The notes under the pieces were generated by a model, which was not told where the DNA came from, searched no databases, and worked only from the letters and a program-made list of their open reading frames with translations. This document shows, piece by piece, positions 16,386 to 26,592 of a stretch of DNA of 64,000 bases (its first letter is position 1; each line of letters begins with the position of its first letter). Source of the DNA: an uncultured Bacteroidales bacterium (GTDB taxonomy: Bacteria; Bacteroidota; Bacteroidia; Bacteroidales; Paludibacteraceae); the NCBI GenBank assembly GCA_902779705.1, contig CACZCR010000009.1:1684-65683 (forward strand). The letters are read 5' to 3'. The translations under genes and the position numbers were made by a program.

Positions 16386-17697
16386 CGAATCGCTCACCGT
16401 CACCACCGACAGCCGGAAGATCACTCCAGGCTGCGTGTTCGTGGGTCTGAAGGGCGAACACTTTGACGGCAACACATTTGTGGCACAGGCACTCGAGATG
16501 GGTGCCGCCTATGCCATCACCGATGCCGAGCAGCCGATGACCTGCTCACAGGCCAAGGACTACAACGGACGTATCATCCGTGTAGACAACAGCCTGCTGG
16601 CGCTGCAAGACCTGGCACGCGCTTGGCGGCGCGAACTGGGACTGCCTATCATCGGCATCACCGGCACCAATGGCAAGACTACCACCAAAGAGCTACTGGC
16701 CGCTGTGCTGTCCACCAAGTATACGCTGCATTATACGCAGGGCAATCTCAACAACCAGATCGGCGTGCCGCTGACCTTATTACAAATGACGCGCGCGCAC
16801 GAGCTGGCTATCGTTGAGATGGGCGCTTCCCACCCGGGCGATATCAAGGAGCTGGTTCAGATAGCCGAACCCAACTACGGCCTGATCACCAATGTGGGAC
16901 GGGCACACCTGCAGGGTTTTGGCTCGTTTGAAGGCGTGATGAAGACCAAAGCCGAACTCTACGACTGGCTCGTAGCACACAACGGCACCATCTTCCGCAA
17001 CGCCGACAATCCGCATCTCAAAGAGATGTATCTTACAGCGAAGCGATCTTACAGCGAAGCGGTCATACAGCAAAGTGGTCTTTCAGGCGAAGCCGGTCTG
17101 CTTTATCACACCGGCACAATGCCGGAGGGCACCCACCTCGTAGGCGGCTATAACGCAGAGAATGTGTCGGCGGCTATCTGTGTCGGTCAGTATTTCGGCG
17201 TGAGCCAAGAGGATGCACTGGCAGCTATCCGCGCCTATGTGCCGTCTAACAACCGCTCACAACTGATGCAGACCGAGCGCAACACCGTCATCGTCGATGC
17301 CTACAACGCCAACCCCACCTCCATGACCGCAGCTATCGAAGCGTTTTATCATACAGCGCCAGCGGTCCTACAGCAAAGCGGTCTTACAGCCGAAGGCGGT
17401 CCTACAGGCGAAGCCGGTCATGAAACAGCCCGCTGTTTCATACTCGGTGCGATGCGTGAATTGGGCGAATACAGTCACCTTGAGCACCAGAACATCGTCA
17501 ACATGCTGCTGGAGCGCAAAGCAGACCTGGTGCTGCTGGTGGGCGAAGAGTATAAAGAGACGACGGCCCCCTACCCGGTGTTTGACAACGTAGATGCACT
17601 CTGTGAGCACCTCCAACAAGAGCCGATCAGCGGATACCGCATCCTGCTGAAGGGTTCACGCTCCAACCAACTAGAGAAAGTAATTCCACTATTGTAA
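16357..17697 (+). CDS. murF: UDP-N-acetylmuramoyl-tripeptide--D-alanyl-D-alanine ligase
   Basis: TTDSRKITPGCVFVGLKGEHFDGN, P-loop GITGTNGKTTTKE, DAYNANPTSM. It contains two repeat-derived segments (see findings). Confidence 0.9.
   Translation: MDWSFLTRNNESLTVTTDSRKITPGCVFVGLKGEHFDGNTFVAQALEMGAAYAITDAEQPMTCSQAKDYNGRIIRVDNSLLALQDLARAWRRELGLPIIGITGTNGKTTTKELLAAVLSTKYTLHYTQGNLNNQIGVPLTLLQMTRAHELAIVEMGASHPGDIKELVQIAEPNYGLITNVGRAHLQGFGSFEGVMKTKAELYDWLVAHNGTIFRNADNPHLKEMYLTAKRSYSEAVIQQSGLSGEAGLLYHTGTMPEGTHLVGGYNAENVSAAICVGQYFGVSQEDALAAIRAYVPSNNRSQLMQTERNTVIVDAYNANPTSMTAAIEAFYHTAPAVLQQSGLTAEGGPTGEAGHETARCFILGAMRELGEYSHLEHQNIVNMLLERKADLVLLVGEEYKETTAPYPVFDNVDALCEHLQQEPISGYRILLKGSRSNQLEKVIPLL
17031..17100 (+). 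repeat. Word array (reverse orientation of GACCGCTTCGCTGTAAGA family) inside murF
   Basis: TCTTACAGCGAAGCGATCTTACAGCGAAGCGGTCATACAGCAAAGTGGTCTTTCAGGCGAAGCCGGTCTG, encoding LTAKRSYSEAVIQQSGLSGEAGL. Confidence 0.85.
17350..17420 (+). repeat. Second word array of the same family inside murF
   Basis: CATACAGCGCCAGCGGTCCTACAGCAAAGCGGTCTTACAGCCGAAGGCGGTCCTACAGGCGAAGCCGGTCA, encoding HTAPAVLQQSGLTAEGGPTGEAGH. Confidence 0.85.
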
Positions 17698-17698
17698 C

Positions 17699-18628
17699 AT
17701 GGATAAGAAGACTAAAACCATCATCATTGCCGTGTCGGCTGCTTGTGCAGTAGCTGTGATAGCGATCATCGCCCTGCTGGTGTCGATGACCAAGCTGCGC
17801 AAAGACAATGCCGACAAAGAGCGTGAGATATACAACCTCAACGAACAGATGAACTTCGAGCAGTCGCAAGCGGTCTTACGCTTCGACGACGAGCATGCAC
17901 TCGACGAGCAGCTGCAGACCTTTGAGCATCTCAAGGTCGACAACGACTCGCTGCAACGCCTGCTGGACCAGCAGACAGAGCATGCTAAGGATCTGGTCAA
18001 CGAGATCAAGAAACTCAAACGTGAGAACTCGGACGATAAAGCGCGAATAAACGCGTTGCTCAAAGAGTTAGCAGCCGTTCGCGAGCTGATCATGGGCTAT
18101 ATACGTCAGATAGACGAGCTCAATATCCAGAACCAACAACTGACGGCTGAGAACGAGCAAGTCAAGCAAGAGAACCGGCAGATACGCGACCGCAACCAGA
18201 GTCTGACCAACCAAAACCAGCAACTCAACGAGACGGTCAATCGTGCCAAGCAGCTGGATGTGACCCATTTCAGCTTCACGCCGCTCAACAACCGCGACAA
18301 GAAGACCAAGTATCTGCGTAAGATCGTCAAGCTGCAGATGGACTACACCATCGGCAAGAACATCACTACCGAACCGGGCATGAAAACGATCTATATCCGT
18401 CTGACCAACCCTTCGGATAGACTGATGGGTGAGTCGGCAAGCAAGGTGTTTGCTTTTGAGGACGGCGAGGTACCCTACTCGCTCAAACAGGAGATCGAGT
18501 ATGCCGGCGAGAACTACAACGGCACGTTCTTCTGGTCGTTCAACGACGAACCGCAAGAAGGCACCTATCGTGTAGAGTTCTTTGCCGACGGCAACCAGAT
18601 CGGACAGTTCTCCTTCACGTTGGAATAA
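17699..18628 (+). CDS. Membrane-anchored coiled-coil protein (hypothetical)
   Basis: N-terminal TM helix (IIIAVSAACAVAVIAIIALLV), a long Gln/Glu/Asn-rich coiled coil, and a beta-rich C-terminal domain. The ATG lies 1 nt after the murF stop. Confidence 0.6.
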   Translation: MDKKTKTIIIAVSAACAVAVIAIIALLVSMTKLRKDNADKEREIYNLNEQMNFEQSQAVLRFDDEHALDEQLQTFEHLKVDNDSLQRLLDQQTEHAKDLVNEIKKLKRENSDDKARINALLKELAAVRELIMGYIRQIDELNIQNQQLTAENEQVKQENRQIRDRNQSLTNQNQQLNETVNRAKQLDVTHFSFTPLNNRDKKTKYLRKIVKLQMDYTIGKNITTEPGMKTIYIRLTNPSDRLMGESASKVFAFEDGEVPYSLKQEIEYAGENYNGTFFWSFNDEPQEGTYRVEFFADGNQIGQFSFTLE

Positions 18629-18670
18629 ATCATTACAACAATAAATCAATACAACAATAAACATCGTATT

Positions 18671-19672
18671 ATGGAAAAGAAACAACCCTCCGCAGACAAA
18701 CTCAAAGCGCTGCAGTTGGCGATGCAGAAGATCGACAAGGACTTCGGCAAAGGCGCCATTATGAAACTGGGCGACGACAAGATAGAAGATGTACCGGTGA
18801 TCTCGACCGGTAGTGTCAGTCTGAATATGGCCTTGGGCGTAGGCGGTTACCCGCGCGGCCGCGTAGTAGAGATCTACGGTCCGGAGTCTTCCGGTAAGAC
18901 CACGCTGGCGATCCATGCCATCGCCGAGGTACAGAAAGACGGCGGTATAGCAGCCATCATCGATGCTGAGCATGCTTTTGACCGCTTCTACGCCGAGAAA
19001 CTGGGCGTGGACATCAACAGCCTGCTGATTGCTCAGCCGGACAGCGGCGAACAAGCACTGGCTATTGCTGACGAGCTGATCCGCAGTTCGGCAGTGGATC
19101 TGGTAGTGATCGACTCAGTGGCAGCTTTGACACCCAAAGCCGAGATCGAAGGCGAGATGGGCGATAACAAAGTGGGACTGCAGGCACGACTGATGTCGCA
19201 AGCGCTGCGCAAACTGACCGCTACGATCAACAAGACCCAGACCACCTGTATCTTCATCAACCAGCTGCGCGAGAAGATCGGTGTGATGTTCGGCAACCCC
19301 GAGACTACCACCGGTGGTAACGCCCTCAAGTTCTACGCTTCCGTTCGTCTGGATATCCGCAAGGTGGGCCAGATCAAGAACGGCGAAGAGATCATCGGCA
19401 ACCAGATCCGCGTCAAAGTGGTGAAGAACAAAGTGGCTCCACCATTCAAGAAAGCAGAGTTTGATCTGATGTTCAACGAAGGTATTTCCAAAGTGGGCGA
19501 GCTGATCGACCTGGGTGTAGCATACGAGATCCTCAAGAAAGCCGGCAGCTTCTACAGCTACGGTGACACCAAACTGGGACAGGGACGCGACGCTGTCAAA
19601 GCGGTGCTCAAAGACAACCCTGAGTTGCAAGCAGAGATCGAACAGAAGATCATGGAGGCTGCTAAAGCGTGA
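18671..19672 (+). CDS. recA: Recombinase RecA
   Basis: [72 protein letters not shown]. Confidence 0.98.
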   Translation: MEKKQPSADKLKALQLAMQKIDKDFGKGAIMKLGDDKIEDVPVISTGSVSLNMALGVGGYPRGRVVEIYGPESSGKTTLAIHAIAEVQKDGGIAAIIDAEHAFDRFYAEKLGVDINSLLIAQPDSGEQALAIADELIRSSAVDLVVIDSVAALTPKAEIEGEMGDNKVGLQARLMSQALRKLTATINKTQTTCIFINQLREKIGVMFGNPETTTGGNALKFYASVRLDIRKVGQIKNGEEIIGNQIRVKVVKNKVAPPFKKAEFDLMFNEGISKVGELIDLGVAYEILKKAGSFYSYGDTKLGQGRDAVKAVLKDNPELQAEIEQKIMEAAKA

Positions 19673-21246
19673 ACGAGGTTCAGGTCATAGTTTCGCCTAA
19701 GAAGGCCTACGAACTGGAACAGCAGTTCCGGATCGTCAAGAAGTCTATAGATGCACGTCAGCGCGAGCTGAAGGTGCATCTAACCTTATTAGCCGACGAC
19801 CAAGGCCACTATGTCCCCCTCGACTCACCCCTAACCCCCTCATCCACTAATCCCCTAACCGGTAATCCCTCACCCGTACCCGGTAACCCCTCACCCGTCT
19901 CTATCATCGGCGCCGGTCCGGCGGGACTGTTTGCGGCATTGACGCTTATAGAACACGGCATCAAGCCCATCATCTACGAGCGCGGCAAAGAGGTGGGTGA
20001 GCGCAAGAAAGATATTGCCCTACTCAACCGCAACATGGGCCTCAATCCCGAGTCGAACTACTGCTTTGGCGAAGGAGGCGCCGGCACGTTCTCGGACGGT
20101 AAGCTCTTCTCGCGCTCCAAGAAGCGGGGCAACATGCAACGCGTGATGGAGATCTTCCACTATTTCGGGGCATCGGACCGTGTGCTTTATGAGACCCATG
20201 CACACATAGGCAGCGACCGCCTGCCGTCTATCATTCGCCGCATCCGCGAGTATATCCTCGCCCACGGCGGCGAGATCCATTTCAACACCAAGATCGACTC
20301 TCTCTCCCCCCTACCCCACTCATCCACTAACCCCCTAACCGGTACCCCCTCACCCATCATCCTCGCCATAGGCCACTCCGCCCACGATACCTATCGGATG
20401 TTGGCCAAGGAAGGCGTACAGATGGAGACCAAAGGGTTTGCTATGGGCGTTCGTATTGAGCACCCGCAGTCGCTGATCAATCGGTTGATGTACCATTTGG
20501 GAGAGTCGAAAGACCGCTTCGCTCAAAGAAAAAAGACCGCTTCGCTCAAAGAAGAAAGAAGCCTCATCGATCTGGTGGGTAACGCTTCGTACAGTCTGGT
20601 AACTCAGGTCAATGGACGCGGGGTGTATTCGTTCTGTATGTGTCCCGGCGGCCATATAGTGCCGGCAGGCAGCGAGAACGGGCTTAGGGTGGTCAACGGG
20701 ATGTCTGCCAGCCATCGCAACTCGCCGTATGCCAACTCGGGTATGGTGGTAGAGATACGCCCCGAAGATATACCCGGCGATGATCCGCTACGCGGACTGG
20801 AGTACCAAGAGGCCTTAGAGCGCCTGGCCTTTGAGCACGGAGGTGCTCAAGAGCAGGCTCCGGCGCAGCGCATGCGAGATTTTGTGGAAGGCAAAGCCTC
20901 CAAAGATCTGCCATCGTGCAGCTATCTGCCGGGGCTGGTCAACAGCCGTCTCGATCAGTGGTTACCGGCCCATATAGGACCCAGACTGCAACAGGGTTTT
21001 CGGGATTTTGACCGCAAGTATCCGGGCTTTTTGACCAACGAGGCCGTGATAGTAGGCGTAGAGAGCCGCAGCTCCAGTCCGGTGCGTATCGTACGCGACA
21101 AAGAGAGTATGCAGTCGCTGTCCCATCCCTGGCTCTACCCCTGCGGCGAAGGAGCCGGCTATGCAGGAGGTATCACCTCCTCGGCCCTGGATGGCATCAA
21201 TGCAGCATTGGCAATCATCAAACTATGGAACGAACAATACAACTAA
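19669..21246 (+). CDS. FAD-dependent oxidoreductase (COG2509-like uncharacterised FAD-dependent dehydrogenase)
   Basis: Dinucleotide-binding motif [13 protein letters not shown], ...[14 protein letters not shown]..., C-terminal ...[18 protein letters not shown]. The GTG start overlaps the recA stop. Three repeat-derived segments are present. Confidence 0.8.
   Translation: MNEVQVIVSPKKAYELEQQFRIVKKSIDARQRELKVHLTLLADDQGHYVPLDSPLTPSSTNPLTGNPSPVPGNPSPVSIIGAGPAGLFAALTLIEHGIKPIIYERGKEVGERKKDIALLNRNMGLNPESNYCFGEGGAGTFSDGKLFSRSKKRGNMQRVMEIFHYFGASDRVLYETHAHIGSDRLPSIIRRIREYILAHGGEIHFNTKIDSLSPLPHSSTNPLTGTPSPIILAIGHSAHDTYRMLAKEGVQMETKGFAMGVRIEHPQSLINRLMYHLGESKDRFAQRKKTASLKEERSLIDLVGNASYSLVTQVNGRGVYSFCMCPGGHIVPAGSENGLRVVNGMSASHRNSPYANSGMVVEIRPEDIPGDDPLRGLEYQEALERLAFEHGGAQEQAPAQRMRDFVEGKASKDLPSCSYLPGLVNSRLDQWLPAHIGPRLQQGFRDFDRKYPGFLTNEAVIVGVESRSSSPVRIVRDKESMQSLSHPWLYPCGEGAGYAGGITSSALDGINAALAIIKLWNEQYN
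19814..19899 (+). repeat. C-rich (G-rich on the opposite strand) ~8-nt word array inside the CDS
   Basis: TCCCCCTCGACTCACCCCTAACCCCCTCATCCACTAATCCCCTAACCGGTAATCCCTCACCCGTACCCGGTAACCCCTCACCCGTC, encoding [28 protein letters not shown] directly before the FAD-binding GxGxxG. Confidence 0.9.
20301..20355 (+). repeat. Second copy of the same C-rich array inside the same CDS
   Basis: CTCATCCACTAACCCCCTAACCGGTACCCCCTCACCC is nearly identical to 19838-19875. It encodes [19 protein letters not shown]. Confidence 0.9.
20509..20560 (+). repeat. Two perfect 21-nt copies of AAGACCGCTTCGCTCAAAGAA (23-nt period) inside the CDS
   Basis: Seen directly. They encode [16 protein letters not shown]. Confidence 0.9.
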
Positions 21247-21890
21247 TAGGACAAGAATCGTTTGATCGTCTGCAACAAGCGCGGGTGATTCTGTTTGGCG
21301 TAGGCGGCGTAGGCGGATGGTGTGCCGAGGCGCTGGTGCGTACAGGTCTCAAGCATCTGACGATCGTTGATTATGACACGGTAGCGGTGTCCAACCTCAA
21401 CCGCCAAGTGGTGGCTACTGCCGCCAACATCGGCCAAAGCAAGGTGGTGGCGATGCGCGAGCGGCTGTTGGCGATCGTGCCCGATGCCGACATCGTGGCC
21501 ATCGAGCAGCGCTATTCGGACGAGACGGCCCCTTTGTACGACTTCAACCAATACGACCTGGTCATCGATGCCATCGACGATCTGGAGGCCAAAGCACGGC
21601 TGATCTATGAGGTCACACAGTCTCAAGCCGAGCTGCTGTGTTCGATGGGCGCCGGCCGCAAGCTGGACCCGCAGCAGATACACGTAGCGGAGTTCTGGAA
21701 GGTGGAGGGTTGTCCTCTGGCCCGTGCGCTGCGCACCAAGATACGCAAGACCCAACTCTTCCCGGCGCGTAAGTTCCGCTGCGTCTATTCGCCCGAGATC
21801 AGCGGCACACAAGGCACTTTAGCGCCCGTTGTAGGCACGTTTGGTATGCAACTGGCAGCACTGGCCATCGAGGCCCTAACCAAGCCCTAA
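21225..21890 (+). CDS. tcdA: tRNA threonylcarbamoyladenosine dehydratase (ThiF/E1-like)
   Basis: VILFGVGGVGGWCAEALVRTGLKHLTIVDYDTVAVSNLNRQ is the ThiF-family nucleotide-binding signature. Size and context fit TcdA/CsdL. Confidence 0.8.
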   Translation: MERTIQLIGQESFDRLQQARVILFGVGGVGGWCAEALVRTGLKHLTIVDYDTVAVSNLNRQVVATAANIGQSKVVAMRERLLAIVPDADIVAIEQRYSDETAPLYDFNQYDLVIDAIDDLEAKARLIYEVTQSQAELLCSMGAGRKLDPQQIHVAEFWKVEGCPLARALRTKIRKTQLFPARKFRCVYSPEISGTQGTLAPVVGTFGMQLAALAIEALTKP

Positions 21891-21901
21891 AGGGCTTTTT
21901 G
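21882..21901 (+). terminator. Short hairpin + T-run overlapping the tcdA stop
   Basis: AAGCCCTAAAGGGCTTTTT. Confidence 0.35.
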
Positions 21902-21931
21902 CTAAATAGAATTGCCAAATTAACATATTAA

Positions 21932-21963
21932 TTTGTGTATCTTAAAAAAAAGCACTACTTTTG
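21932..21963 (+). promoter_or_regulatory. Promoter of eno
   Basis: TTTG (21932-21935), a 20-nt spacer, then TACTTTTG (21956-21963). Confidence 0.6.
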
Positions 21964-21984
21964 CAGAGCAAAAGCGGCAACACA

Positions 21985-23346
<1,362 letters not shown>

Positions 23347-23371
23347 GTCGGGTACGCCCGATGGCTAATAG

Positions 23372-23403
23372 AATAGGACGCCCAACCGGACGTCCTATTT
23401 TCT
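23372..23403. terminator. Bidirectional hairpin terminator between eno and glmS
   Basis: AATAGGACG cccaaccgga CGTCCTATTTT. Confidence 0.6.
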
Positions 23404-23431
23404 TTCGCCTTTGGCCTCTCGCCCTTCGCCA

Positions 23432-25321
23432 TTATTCCACCGTCACCGACTTGGCCAGGTTGCGTGGCTGGTCCACATCGCAGCCTTTGACCACGGCTAT
23501 GTGGTACGCCAGCAGCTGCAGCGGGATGACCGTCAACAGCGGCGTGAGGCACTCTTCGGTCTGAGGTATCTCGATCGTATAGTCGGCTATCTTGCTCACC
23601 AACTCGTCGCCTTCACTCACCACCGCGATCACCCTACCCTTGCGGGCTTTGATCTCTTGGATGTTGCTCACCACTTTCTCGTACGTGCCACAGCGCGGAG
23701 CTACTACCACTACCGGCATCTCCTGGCTGATCAGGGCTATAGGTCCATGTTTCATCTCAGCTGCCGGATACCCCTCGGCGTGGATATAAGATATCTCCTT
23801 GAGTTTGAGCGCGCCTTCGAGAGCCACGGGGAAGTTATAACCACGACCCAGATAGATGAAGTTCTGGGCGTAGGAAAAGATCTTAGCGAAGTCGGCTATA
23901 CGCTTGTCCTCGCCTAAGACGCGTTCGATCTTGGTGGGTATCTGGCCCAACTCGCGAACGATACGATTATACCGTTCCTCACTAATCCCCTCATCCGCTG
24001 ATCCACTCATTCGATTTTTCTCCCTACCGATACAGAGTGCCAACATTGTCAGGGCCGTCACTTGGGCGGTGAAAGCCTTGGTTGAAGCCACACCTATCTC
24101 GGGTCCTACGTGCGTATAGCAACCGCTGTCAGAGACGCGTGGGATGGAGGCGCCTACCACATTGCAGATCGAGAAGATAAACGCACCTTTTTCTTTGGCC
24201 AGCTGGATAGCCGCCAAGGTGTCGGCCGTCTCACCGGATTGGGAGATAGCAATCACGACATCATCTTTGTTGATCACCGGCTTGCGGTAGCGGAACTCCG
24301 ACGAGTACTCCACCTCCACCGGTATCCGGGCAAACTCCTCGATGGCGTACATCGCTATCAGGCCTGCGTGCCAACTGGTGCCGCAGGCGGTGATGATGAT
24401 ACGCTTGGCGTTCAAGAACCGCTCCTTGTTGTCGATAAATCCCGACAACGCGATGTTGTCCTGCCGTACGTTGACGCGTCCCCGCATCGAGTCGGCCAGT
24501 GTACGCGGCTGCTCGAAGATCTCCTTGAGCATAAAGTGCGGATAGCCGCCCTTCTCCAACTGACTGAGCGACAACTCCAGCCGCTTGATCTCCGGCGTCT
24601 TCTGCACATTATTGATGGTCGTGATCTCGATCCCTTCATTCTTTAACTCTTTCACTCCTTCACTCTTTAACACGACCACTTCCTCATCTTCGATATAGAT
24701 CACCTTATCGGTGTACTCCACGATAGGGGTGGCGTCGGAGGCCAGGAAATACTCGTCCTCGCCGATGCCGACCACCAGCGGGCTACCTTTACGGGCGGCA
24801 ATCAGGGTGTCGGGATGGGTCTTGTCGAGTATAGCAATCGCATAGGCACCAATCACCTGCTGCAGCGCCAGCTGTACGGCCGTCTTGAGGTCCACATGTT
24901 GGTTGACCTGGGTGTACTCCACCAGCTGCACCAGCACCTCGGTGTCGGTGTCCGACTTGAAGGTGTAGCCCTGCTCCATCAGACCGGCTTTCAAGACGGC
25001 GTAGTTCTCGATGATACCGTTGTGAATGATCGCCAGCCGCTCCGACTCCGAGTAATGCGGATGGGCATTCAGGGTGTTGGGTTCGCCGTGCGTTGCCCAA
25101 CGCGTATGGGCGATACCTATCGTGCCGGTGATATCCTTGTCGGACGCGAATGCTTCCAGTTCGGACACTTTGCCTTTGGCTTTGTAGATGTTTAGTTGGC
25201 CTTGCTCGTTGATGAGCGCCACGCCGGCACTGTCATAACCTCTATACTCGAGACGATGCAGGCCCTTGATCAGGATCGGATACGCCTTGCGCTTGCCGAT
25301 ATATCCTACTATTCCACACAT
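23432..25321 (-). CDS. glmS: Glutamine--fructose-6-phosphate aminotransferase (isomerising)
   Basis: The N-terminal MCGIVGYIG (Ntn Cys), SIS domains and the C-terminal ...DQPRNLAKSVTVE are present. Two repeat-derived segments lie inside. Confidence 0.98.
   Translation of the reverse strand: MCGIVGYIGKRKAYPILIKGLHRLEYRGYDSAGVALINEQGQLNIYKAKGKVSELEAFASDKDITGTIGIAHTRWATHGEPNTLNAHPHYSESERLAIIHNGIIENYAVLKAGLMEQGYTFKSDTDTEVLVQLVEYTQVNQHVDLKTAVQLALQQVIGAYAIAILDKTHPDTLIAARKGSPLVVGIGEDEYFLASDATPIVEYTDKVIYIEDEEVVVLKSEGVKELKNEGIEITTINNVQKTPEIKRLELSLSQLEKGGYPHFMLKEIFEQPRTLADSMRGRVNVRQDNIALSGFIDNKERFLNAKRIIITACGTSWHAGLIAMYAIEEFARIPVEVEYSSEFRYRKPVINKDDVVIAISQSGETADTLAAIQLAKEKGAFIFSICNVVGASIPRVSDSGCYTHVGPEIGVASTKAFTAQVTALTMLALCIGREKNRMSGSADEGISEERYNRIVRELGQIPTKIERVLGEDKRIADFAKIFSYAQNFIYLGRGYNFPVALEGALKLKEISYIHAEGYPAAEMKHGPIALISQEMPVVVVAPRCGTYEKVVSNIQEIKARKGRVIAVVSEGDELVSKIADYTIEIPQTEECLTPLLTVIPLQLLAYHIAVVKGCDVDQPRNLAKSVTVE
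23978..24013 (-). repeat. 8-nt G-rich word array inside glmS
   Basis: Coding strand CGAATGAGTGGATCAGCGGATGAGGGGATTAGTGAG, encoding NRMSGSADEGISEE. Confidence 0.85.
24635..24673 (-). repeat. Short word array inside glmS
   Basis: Top strand TTCATTCTTTAACTCTTTCACTCCTTCACTCTTTAACAC, encoding VLKSEGVKELKNEGIE. Confidence 0.8.
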
Positions 25322-25324
25322 GGT

Positions 25325-25372
25325 TATTTATGATTTCAAATTTCAAATTTATGATTTATGATTTATGATTTA
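25325..25372. repeat. AT-rich 7-nt array (ATGATTT / AAATTTC) between glmS start and dapL stop
   Basis: TATTTATGATTTCAAATTTCAAATTTATGATTTATGATTTATGATTTAA. Confidence 0.9.
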
Positions 25373-26530
25373 ATGACGATTTAGTCTTTTGGTTGCTTCT
25401 TCGCAGTCGGCGCGATCGGAGAACGCGGAGAAACGCACAAACCCTTCGCCCGACCGGCCAAAGCCTACACCGGGCACACAAACCACCCGGTAGTGCTCGA
25501 GCAGGTAGTCGAAGAACTCCCACGAACCCATGCCTTGGGGTGTTTTGCACCATATATACGGGGCATTCTGGCCGCCATAGACCTCGTATCCTAAGCCTTT
25601 CAGTCCTTCGGTCAGCAGCCGTGCCGTTTGCTTATAGTAGCGTATATGGTCCATCACTTGTGCGCGTCCTTCGGCCGTATAGGTTGCCTCCGCACCGCGT
25701 TGCGATATATAGGACGTGCCGTTGTACTTGGTGCACTGGCGGCGATACCACATATGTTGTAGTCCCGTGGCTTTGGGCACCACTGTATAGCCGCAGCGTA
25801 CGCCGGTGAAGCCGGCCGTCTTCGAGTAGCTGCGTATCTCGATTGCCACCTCTTGTGCACCCTCTATTTCGTAGATGCTATGCGGCACCTCGGGATCGTC
25901 GACGAACACCTCATAGGCGGCATCAAAGATGATGATACTCCCCTCTTCGCGGGCGTAGTTCACAAAGCGCTCCAACTGCGGGCGGGTCATTGCCGTGCCG
26001 GTGGGGTTGTTAGGTGAGCATAGGTAGATCAGGTCCACATGCTCTTTGGGTAGCGCGGCGGCAAAGCCGTTCTGAGGGTGACAAGGCATATACACGATCT
26101 CGCGTCCCGCCATCACATTGGTGTCCACATACGCCGGATAGACCGGGTCTTGCACCGCCACACGATTGGCCGACGAGAACAACTCAGATGTGTTGCCCAA
26201 GTCCGAGCCTGCGCCGTCGGAGATAAACACCTCCTCTATATCGAGTTCGATGCCCAGGGGACGATAGTCGTGCTCGATGATGGCGCGCCTGAGAAAATCA
26301 CAGCCCTGCTCCAGTCCGTATCCGTGGAACGTGTCCCTGTGCGACAGCTCGTCCACAGCGCGATGCATCGCCGTGATCACTGCCTCAGGCAGCGGCAGGG
26401 TGACATCGCCTATACCTAAGTTGAGCACACGCGCATCCGGGTGCGCAGCCATATATGCCTGCTTGCGATTAAACACCTCAGTGAAGAGGTAGTTGTTCTC
26501 CAACTTATCAAAATTACTATTCTTTTCCAT
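25370..26530 (-). CDS. dapL: LL-diaminopimelate aminotransferase
   Basis: NNYLFTEVFNRKQAYMAAHPDARVLNLGIGDVTLPLP, PLP-fold SYSKTAGFTGVRCGY. It sits next to dapF. Confidence 0.88.
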   Translation of the reverse strand: MEKNSNFDKLENNYLFTEVFNRKQAYMAAHPDARVLNLGIGDVTLPLPEAVITAMHRAVDELSHRDTFHGYGLEQGCDFLRRAIIEHDYRPLGIELDIEEVFISDGAGSDLGNTSELFSSANRVAVQDPVYPAYVDTNVMAGREIVYMPCHPQNGFAAALPKEHVDLIYLCSPNNPTGTAMTRPQLERFVNYAREEGSIIIFDAAYEVFVDDPEVPHSIYEIEGAQEVAIEIRSYSKTAGFTGVRCGYTVVPKATGLQHMWYRRQCTKYNGTSYISQRGAEATYTAEGRAQVMDHIRYYKQTARLLTEGLKGLGYEVYGGQNAPYIWCKTPQGMGSWEFFDYLLEHYRVVCVPGVGFGRSGEGFVRFSAFSDRADCEEATKRLNRH

Positions 26531-26535
26531 AATAT

Positions 26536-26592
26536 CACTAATCCACTAACCACTAATCCGGTCATCCACTACCCCACTACTCCACTAACCCG
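26536..26592. repeat. 8-nt word array (TAATCCAC family) spanning the dapL-dapF gap and the dapF 3' end
   Basis: CACTAATCCACTAACCACTAATCCGGTCATCCACTACCCCACTACTCCACTAACCCG. The last dapF codons (...IGLVE-stop) are read from it. Confidence 0.9.

Noticed and set aside
19814-19899. Telomere-like TTAGGG / GGTTAG words on the G-rich strand
   Set aside because: The words are part of a degenerate 8-nt array inside a bacterial CDS. There is no regular hexamer tract. The resemblance is superficial and only the G-run content is noted.
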